From Candidatus Thorarchaeota archaeon (GTDB lineage: Archaea; Asgardarchaeota; Thorarchaeia; Thorarchaeales; Thorarchaeaceae), in NCBI GenBank assembly GCA_048882325.1, contig JBHLRS010000002.1:1-64000 (forward strand): a stretch of 64,000 nt of DNA. The letters are read 5' to 3'. Positions 57,817 through 64,000 of this stretch are shown here, in pieces. The stretch's first letter is position 1, and each line of letters starts with the position of its first letter. The position numbers and the translations under genes were made by a program. Under the pieces are notes generated by a model that had not been told where the DNA came from, ran no database searches, and worked only from the letters and a program-made list of their open reading frames with translations.

Positions 57817-58558
57817 AATAGTTTCAATTCATAGTTTCAGAGGTGGAACCGGAAAGTCAAACATAGCAGCGAATCTAGCTGCAGCAGCTGCATTGGATGG
57901 AAAACGAGTAGCAGTTATGGATACAGATATGGCATCTCCCGGTATTCATGTCATCTTCGGTTTGGGTCGAGAGAAGATGAAGTACACCCTTAATGACTAT
58001 CTTCGGGGATCTTGTGATATCACAGATGCATGCGTAGACCTCACAAATCGACTGAGTATCAAGCAAGGTAAACTGTTCCTCATCCCCAGCTCAATGACTG
58101 CCACAGACATAACAAGAATATTGAGAGAGGGGTATGAGGTTGGTGACCTCAAGAAAGGTTTCACAGATGTGATTAAGAAGAAGGATCTTGATTACCTGAT
58201 TATCGATACACACCCCGGACTCGATCGAGAAACTTTGTTGTCAATGGCAACAGCAGACTATCTGTTCGTAGTTGCCAGAATCGACGAACAGGATTTGCTT
58301 GGAACAGCTGCAACGTTGAGCGTTGCCCGGAAATTGCAGGTACCAGACATTCGAATCATCATTAACAAAAAGCCTGGGATTTACGAGAACAAAGCTATCA
58401 CTTCAGAGGTGGAACAGAAGTTTAAGACAACAGTTGCCACAATCATCCCATTACTTCCATTGTTAATCGAAGCTGGGAGTCGATATGTGGTAACACTACG
58501 CCACCCTGATAGTGAGTTCACAAAAAACATCGAAGAGATTTATAGATTGATGAAGTAA
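57806..58558 (+). CDS. MinD/ParA-family ATPase
   Basis: HSFRGGTGKS, MDTDMASPG, IIDTHPG, IINK; overlaps the upstream stop. Confidence 0.9.
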   Translation: MSGKIVSIHSFRGGTGKSNIAANLAAAAALDGKRVAVMDTDMASPGIHVIFGLGREKMKYTLNDYLRGSCDITDACVDLTNRLSIKQGKLFLIPSSMTATDITRILREGYEVGDLKKGFTDVIKKKDLDYLIIDTHPGLDRETLLSMATADYLFVVARIDEQDLLGTAATLSVARKLQVPDIRIIINKKPGIYENKAITSEVEQKFKTTVATIIPLLPLLIEAGSRYVVTLRHPDSEFTKNIEEIYRLMK

Positions 58559-58560
58559 AT

Positions 58561-58677
58561 CTACCCAACTAGTCTTGGCAAGTAGATAATCGCTAATGCT
58601 AGTAGAAGGATTATCAGACAGACAACAAGAATCAGAGGAAGAAGAATATCTGGACTTGTATCCTCTTGAACTAGCAT
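58561..58677 (-). CDS. 38-aa single-TM microprotein (not in ORF track)
   Basis: MLVQEDTSPDILLPLILVVCLIILLLALAIIYLPRLVG*; GAGGTGA SD 6 nt upstream; fills the intergenic gap. Confidence 0.7.
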   Translation of the reverse strand: MLVQEDTSPDILLPLILVVCLIILLLALAIIYLPRLVG

Positions 58678-58788
58678 GGAGAATCACCTCTGTTCAATTA
58701 TATGTCACAAACTATATCAAATTGGTCATAAGCAAAACACTTCTAACTCGCGTGACATGTTTGAGAGTAGACCGGAGGAAACAGAACC

Positions 58789-59238
58789 ATGGATATAGAT
58801 GTGAGACTCGCAACAGCACAGGACAGGTCTTTGATAGAGGAGTTCTATGTGCGAGAAGGAAAAAACTTCCAACAACTTATACTTCATTCAGGTTCTACTC
58901 CGGTGGGAGCTAGTAGTGAAACCATGTTTGTGGTTGCAGTTACTAGAGGTATGGTTGTCGCTGCGTTGAAGCTTGATATTGCAAGAGACCCCGCAATGGG
59001 ACGGGTCGGGTTCATTCGATATTTTGAGATTGAGGATGACCTTGAAGAAACTGATTTGGGTCAGAAGATGTTGAATAAGACAACAGAGATTGCGGAGGAA
59101 AAGGGACTTCGAGCCTTGAATGCAGTCTTTGATGTGGGAAGGGCAGATCTCTTTGACCTTTATACCGAATCTGGTTATAGAGAGGAACGGAAAGAGGTCT
59201 GGTTGCGTAAAGATTTCCGTCCTGGTGTCTTTGGATGA
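58789..59238 (+). CDS. GNAT-family N-acetyltransferase fold protein
   Basis: VRLAT, MFVVA, LGQKML...AEEKGL, LYTESGY; acetyl-CoA motif degenerate. Confidence 0.8.
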   Translation: MDIDVRLATAQDRSLIEEFYVREGKNFQQLILHSGSTPVGASSETMFVVAVTRGMVVAALKLDIARDPAMGRVGFIRYFEIEDDLEETDLGQKMLNKTTEIAEEKGLRALNAVFDVGRADLFDLYTESGYREERKEVWLRKDFRPGVFG

Positions 59239-61071
59239 TTAGCCAGTAAGTGAGCTCAGACCAAGACTCTTGATTGTTTCCTCTGTTGGAACACCATTCT
59301 TGTCCCAACCCCGAAGTTCATAGAATCGGTCTAGTGATTTCTCAAAATCCTCCCTATTGAGAAAAGCTTTCATCCCTTTTGCTGGACCATCTGTCTCCTC
59401 TTCCCAGAAACGTGCTGGAAGTGTATCATCGTTTCTTGTTAGACCTTCTCTGATGTTGAAGAGACGAGCGAGGGTTTCAACCCTCTGAGCGAATGAAGCT
59501 ATACTCTCTTTGTCATAATTATGTCCAGTGGCTCCATTGAGCATAGTGATATTTTGGCCATGCTTCAAAGGCATGTGATAAGTGAAATGGCAAACAACTA
59601 AACTATCGCGTAGAATTTTGATATCTCTCTGTTCAATCAACGACTCAATCACATCAAGAGCAGATGAGTCTGGTTGATCAGTGGTCTGAGGCCATCCCCG
59701 AAGATGACTCGCGCCCATACTTGAGGTGGCATATGAAAGACCCATTCCTTTTTTGCCTCTTGGATCCCATGCAGGAACATCTATGCCCTTGACATGTACA
59801 GCGAAGGTTTCACTTCCCTTGCCAATCTCAATCGACGCTTGGTGAACGCCCTTTGCAAGGATTGCACCAATTCCTTCTTTGTATGCGATCAATTTGAGAA
59901 GCTTCTTTGCACCTTCAAAGTCTCCAAATGGTAGTGGAAACCCGATGTCTTCTTCTGTTAGTACACCTTTTTCAAAAGCCTCCATCGCAAACCCGATTAC
60001 TCCCCCGGCTCCTATAGTATCGATACCCAGGTCATCACAAAGATAGGTTAATTGAAAGACACACTGAGGATCATGAATCCCAAGATTTCCTCCACAGAGT
60101 CCCAGTGTTTCATATTCGACAGTCGCTTCGACTTCGGTTCCTGGAATGAGTGGATGGTCGGTTTTGTATCCACGAGTACATCGCATTATACAATGCGGGC
60201 AGGAGAGATGTGTACCCATGCTCCATGTTTCAAACTCTTCTGGAGTTAAAGATTCATATCCTTCAAAGTACCCATTCTGGAAATTTCGGGTTGGAAATTG
60301 TCCCCTTTCGTTAGAGACCTCCACGAGGAAAGGAGTACCATATTTCTTGAAGTCAGAATCAGGCTTCTCATTCCAGAACTTAGTGACTGCCCTATTCACC
60401 TCCCGAATAGTATCACGATTATCAGCTTTTATAGTGTTAGTTCCTCTGACAACAACACCTTTGAGATTCTTGGATCCCAGAATTGCTCCTGCGCCCCCTC
60501 TACCTGTTTGATGAGCTAGCTCACAACATCCAGTTGCAGACAGCACAAGATTCTCGCCAGCAGGGCCAATCACGTAAACTGCTGAGCCCTTGTTTGTTCT
60601 TTCATGAAGAATACTCGTCGCTTCCTGTGTACCCTTCCCCCAGATATCCTGTGCGTTTTCAAACCTAACAGAGTCATCCTCTACCACTAAGACGACGGGA
60701 TTATCGGATTTCCCCATGACTGCAATAGCATCATATCCCGCATTCTTGATCTCTCTTCCCAAAGGACCTCCACAGTGCGTATCCAAGAAGAAACCAGACA
60801 AAGGGGATTTGGTGATTAACGACCATCGACCTACATTCGGAGCAGGAAGACCTTGAAGTGGTCCTGTCATGAAGAATAGAATGTTCTCAGAGTCCAGAGG
60901 GTTGACTCCCTGCTTCAGATATCGATACAGTAGATAGGTGCCAAGACCTTTTCCACCTACGAAGTCTTTGTAGACCTGATGTGCAAGTTCCTCAGTACGA
61001 GTTCTTTTTGAGGTCAGGTCTACCCAGAGTATTTTGCCATTCCAACCTTTGAATCTCATGATAATGGACAT
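59239..61071 (-). CDS. aor: aldehyde:ferredoxin oxidoreductase (AOR family)
   Basis: GKILWVDLT, GGKGLG, KSPLSG, GRGGAGA.LGSKNLK, CPHCIMRC, EYET, DPRG, HLR, RGWD..GVP. Confidence 0.92.
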   Translation of the reverse strand: MSIIMRFKGWNGKILWVDLTSKRTRTEELAHQVYKDFVGGKGLGTYLLYRYLKQGVNPLDSENILFFMTGPLQGLPAPNVGRWSLITKSPLSGFFLDTHCGGPLGREIKNAGYDAIAVMGKSDNPVVLVVEDDSVRFENAQDIWGKGTQEATSILHERTNKGSAVYVIGPAGENLVLSATGCCELAHQTGRGGAGAILGSKNLKGVVVRGTNTIKADNRDTIREVNRAVTKFWNEKPDSDFKKYGTPFLVEVSNERGQFPTRNFQNGYFEGYESLTPEEFETWSMGTHLSCPHCIMRCTRGYKTDHPLIPGTEVEATVEYETLGLCGGNLGIHDPQCVFQLTYLCDDLGIDTIGAGGVIGFAMEAFEKGVLTEEDIGFPLPFGDFEGAKKLLKLIAYKEGIGAILAKGVHQASIEIGKGSETFAVHVKGIDVPAWDPRGKKGMGLSYATSSMGASHLRGWPQTTDQPDSSALDVIESLIEQRDIKILRDSLVVCHFTYHMPLKHGQNITMLNGATGHNYDKESIASFAQRVETLARLFNIREGLTRNDDTLPARFWEEETDGPAKGMKAFLNREDFEKSLDRFYELRGWDKNGVPTEETIKSLGLSSLTG

Positions 61072-61086
61072 CCAGATTTTTTCGCT

Positions 61087-61236
61087 CTAATCAATCTCAA
61101 TCTTTGTAATCTTTTCAAGATTGATGTCTCTCAGATTATCGAGTAGCGCCATCAATACATCATTGATTATCCTAGCAACAAAGTCGTTCATGTGAATCTC
61201 TTTTCCCTGTACATACAATACGAAATCAGCTGTCAT
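61087..61236 (-). CDS. 49-aa protein resembling the C-terminal domain of archaeal MobB (not in ORF track)
   Basis: MTADFVLYVQGKEIHMNDFVARIINDVLMALLDNLRDINLEKITKIEID*; directly upstream of aor, same strand. Confidence 0.65.
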   Translation of the reverse strand: MTADFVLYVQGKEIHMNDFVARIINDVLMALLDNLRDINLEKITKIEID

Positions 61237-61399
61237 GGATAGACAACAAATCAACGCAGCATATTAGTCTTACAGAAGTGCTATGTATGAGCTAGTGCTT
61301 AGGAATTGTGATGTGGAGCCGAGTCCGATACGCATTTATACCCTTCATCTTCGTACCATCGCGACTGATGGTGACCATCACCAAGTGAGGAATTCAGAT

Positions 61400-63337
61400 A
61401 TGTCCCAGTTGAGTTCATTAAAGTCAGTAATTAGTGGTGCTGACCAATCGGAAGAACGCGTTGGAAGATTAGCAGGTTTTGGAAGTATCTTTGGAATTAT
61501 AGCAGCTGCATTCGGCCTTATAATGGGTAAGACTCTCATTCCAGTTCCTGGGTTGAGATGGGAGGTGTTTTCCCTTGTACCTTTCGATTGGATGATGGAA
61601 GGAAGTGATCAATATACTCTATTTGTTGCCATTTTCATGGGTCTAATGGCTGCAGCTCTTCTTCTCCAAGGTTTAGGTTCTAGGAAACTTGGAAGTTTCT
61701 TAGGCAGCGGGTTTGTCAATGTTTTTTGGGGAGGTTTTGTGTTTGCAGTTGCAACTGCATATTTCGTTCCAACATCTTTTGCTAGAGTTTTCAGTAACTC
61801 ACTCATTCCAAATTTCATGCCTCTGATGTATTTCCTTGGAGCGTTCTTTGTAATATGCTGGCAACTGACAGCGATAATATATACGGATTCGAGTAAAACT
61901 TGGATTGGTTTCCTCGCTGGTATTCTGAACGCTTTATTTATACCAATGCTTGCAATTGGACAAGCAATCAGTCCAACACTAATCTATGTAGCCTATGGTA
62001 TTCTTCTCGTCGGCCAGTTGACGGCTCTTTTATTCTGGTGGTCACCCTTCAACACTATTCGTGAATTCGCGAGAAGTCCTGACAAAGCCAAAATCGCCTT
62101 TGGATTAAGTGGTTTCGTGACTTTTGCAATTGGACTTGCTGCAATCATTGTCGGTCCAATGGGCATCGAACAAGACATACCAGTCTGGTACCCTTGGAGC
62201 ACATTAGTGAGTGAAACAACATACCTAACTAATCCAGCACTTGTCTTTAGCTTGTTGGCTTTTATGATCTATTGGATTATGTTGGCTCCAAGGCTTGGCG
62301 CCCGAGAACTAAAAGCAGCAGCTATAGGAGAGGACATAGTCAAAGGCGGGAACAAATACTTCATGATGCTCATGGCGATAATGGGACTGATCGCTGCGGG
62401 ACAAGCTGGTGCGTACATAAGCGGAGTTGGAACATGGGGTTTCTTCCTGGTTACAGGACCTGCTGGTGTGATGTTCATTATGGGTGCGTCTTACACTGCA
62501 AAGACCGATATGATTACAGGAATACCATTAGTGGTAACATCCGTTTTTCTTATGGTCCATCCATTTGTCCTTCAACCACTTGTATTCTTGCCATGGATCT
62601 TAATCCTCGTGAGTCAATTCCTTCTGATGATTGAGTCTTGGTGGAGAGGACTTACAGGATTCTCACAAGGAGCACTGGCGGTTATAACCAGTCTCGCCGC
62701 GTCTCTAGCAATAATTATCTTCATGACTGGAGGATTTGGTAGTGGTCCTCTCGCACTTTGGCCAACAAACCGTTGGTTCAACATTACTTTGATTCCTGGA
62801 GTACCTGCAGCAATTCAAGGACCAGCAATCATTGTCCTACCTCTCTTGATACTCCTGATTAGGAATGTGTCCTTAGCGGGATATTCGTATGGTCGTGGAT
62901 ACACTACAGGTGGCATTCTTATGGGTGCAAGTGTTTTGTTCGCGTTCATGATTCCAGCTATTGCAGGAAATGAGAGTGTCGCACATGAGGCTAACACTGG
63001 AGCAGCTCTACTACTAGCATTATACTCTATCAGCCTTGTGCTAGTCATGTCACTTAACATCAATCTAGCAAACGACGTGGAGGACCAAGGTCACGGGTTT
63101 GAAGGTAGCCTAATCAAAGTATCAACTGTTGCAGGACTTATTGCAGCAGCTGTTGTTGTTATTCTAGTGTTGGTAGTCTTTGCTGGAATGCCATCACCCA
63201 CAGAGATTGCTACAATGATTTCAATCATGGTGACCTTTGTGGTTGCGAGTGAGGTTCTATCTATCATAGGCTGGTTCATTGCAGGTGTTAGACTGGGAAT
63301 GCTGAAGGAAGGCTTTAGTTTCTCGAGAATCAAATAA
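61400..63337 (+). CDS. large polytopic membrane protein of unknown function
   Basis: Very many hydrophobic helices (about 18-20 by eye); start placed at MSQLSS. Confidence 0.8.
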   Translation: MSQLSSLKSVISGADQSEERVGRLAGFGSIFGIIAAAFGLIMGKTLIPVPGLRWEVFSLVPFDWMMEGSDQYTLFVAIFMGLMAAALLLQGLGSRKLGSFLGSGFVNVFWGGFVFAVATAYFVPTSFARVFSNSLIPNFMPLMYFLGAFFVICWQLTAIIYTDSSKTWIGFLAGILNALFIPMLAIGQAISPTLIYVAYGILLVGQLTALLFWWSPFNTIREFARSPDKAKIAFGLSGFVTFAIGLAAIIVGPMGIEQDIPVWYPWSTLVSETTYLTNPALVFSLLAFMIYWIMLAPRLGARELKAAAIGEDIVKGGNKYFMMLMAIMGLIAAGQAGAYISGVGTWGFFLVTGPAGVMFIMGASYTAKTDMITGIPLVVTSVFLMVHPFVLQPLVFLPWILILVSQFLLMIESWWRGLTGFSQGALAVITSLAASLAIIIFMTGGFGSGPLALWPTNRWFNITLIPGVPAAIQGPAIIVLPLLILLIRNVSLAGYSYGRGYTTGGILMGASVLFAFMIPAIAGNESVAHEANTGAALLLALYSISLVLVMSLNINLANDVEDQGHGFEGSLIKVSTVAGLIAAAVVVILVLVVFAGMPSPTEIATMISIMVTFVVASEVLSIIGWFIAGVRLGMLKEGFSFSRIK

Positions 63338-63368
63338 TTGCCGCTCCAACCAATTAGAGTGATTAACA

Positions 63369-64000
63369 TTGGTTCCTGATGTAAAGGGTATAAAGACCCA
63401 CGCAGAAGGAGCCACTGTTGCATTTCTATTAATTCATGGTTTTGCAGCGTCAACAGACGAAGTGACAACGCTAAGTGAATTCTTGGCTAATCTGGGATAT
63501 GCATCCTTCGCTGTACAATTAGAAGGCCATGGAACCACTCCTGAAGAATTCAAAGCAACTACTTGGGGAGACTGGTTAGATTCCGCTAAAAGAGGACTCG
63601 AAGTAGTGCGTTCATGGAAACCTAAACATCTTTTCATTGGGGGTGTATCAATGGGTGGTCTCCTTTCCTTACTGATAGCAGGTGAAGAAGATGATATTAG
63701 CGGTATAGTAACGCTTGGAGCTGCGTTAAAAATTCCAGGAATTCTACCCAAGTTATTTCCTATTCTCAAGTATTTTATGAAGTGGCGTGACATCGATCTC
63801 GAAAAAGCGCAACGAGTTTATGATGTGAAGCGATTCAAATATGATAGGGAACCGGTTTCGGCATACGGAGAGCTCTTCGCTCTGCAGAAACTCGTTTGGA
63901 ATAATTTGCAGAAGGTAACGATACCAGCACTCATTCTTCAAGGACTTGAAGACAAAACAGTTGATCCAGCTAGTAGTCAGATCATCTTCGATGGGATTTC
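63369..64000 (+). CDS. alpha/beta-hydrolase carboxylesterase (partial, runs off the window; not in ORF track)
   Basis: LLIHGF, LEGHG, WGDW, nucleophile motif GVSMGG, PALILQG..DKTV. Confidence 0.88.
   Translation, partial: MVPDVKGIKTHAEGATVAFLLIHGFAASTDEVTTLSEFLANLGYASFAVQLEGHGTTPEEFKATTWGDWLDSAKRGLEVVRSWKPKHLFIGGVSMGGLLSLLIAGEEDDISGIVTLGAALKIPGILPKLFPILKYFMKWRDIDLEKAQRVYDVKRFKYDREPVSAYGELFALQKLVWNNLQKVTIPALILQGLEDKTVDPASSQIIFDGI

Noticed and set aside
58596-58913. 105-aa plus-strand ORF
   Set aside because: It overlaps the GNAT gene out of frame and is antisense to the better-supported 38-aa microprotein with a strong SD.
1-64000. Numerous 60-140 aa ORFs antisense to, or nested in, long genes (e.g. 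16945..17358, 25007..25432, 26000..26404, 32365..32793, 49066..49440, 63434..63793)
   Set aside because: They are shadow frames of well-supported genes and have no motifs of their own.
1-64000. CRISPR array, tRNA/rRNA genes, transposases or integrases
   Set aside because: No regularly spaced direct repeats, cloverleaf/T-loop signatures, rRNA-like tracts or DDE/tyrosine-recombinase motifs were seen by eye. A covariance-model scan could still find small RNAs.

Overview
Archaeal chromosomal segment. Its gene content points to an Asgard archaeon, most likely Thorarchaeia (inference): doubled Lrp/AsnC regulators, Mtd, FrhB-like subunit, two tungsten-type aldehyde:ferredoxin oxidoreductases, GTP-PEPCK, 4-hydroxybutyryl-CoA dehydratase, NurA/HerA, and several longin-, gelsolin- and adaptin-like proteins. 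It holds about 48 protein-coding genes, three of them missed by the ORF track. I saw no rRNA, tRNA, CRISPR array or transposase. The two best candidates for undescribed systems are: (1) a co-oriented longin(+roadblock)-winged-helix paralogue pair, with an architecture resembling GATOR1 NPRL2/NPRL3, followed by an overlapping MinD/ParA-type ATPase gene (55.5-58.6 kb); (2) three membrane-anchored paralogues carrying an adaptin/COPI appendage-like Ig-sandwich + platform module and a Zn ribbon, followed by a membrane-anchored SF2 helicase (25-33.6 kb). Other observations: a TetR operator in three copies, a recurrent hairpin + CTCCTTCCATCC-like 3' element, three enzymes with substituted catalytic residues, and an in-frame decayed repeat beyond a TGA stop. 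All family assignments come from motif recognition by eye; no searches were run.
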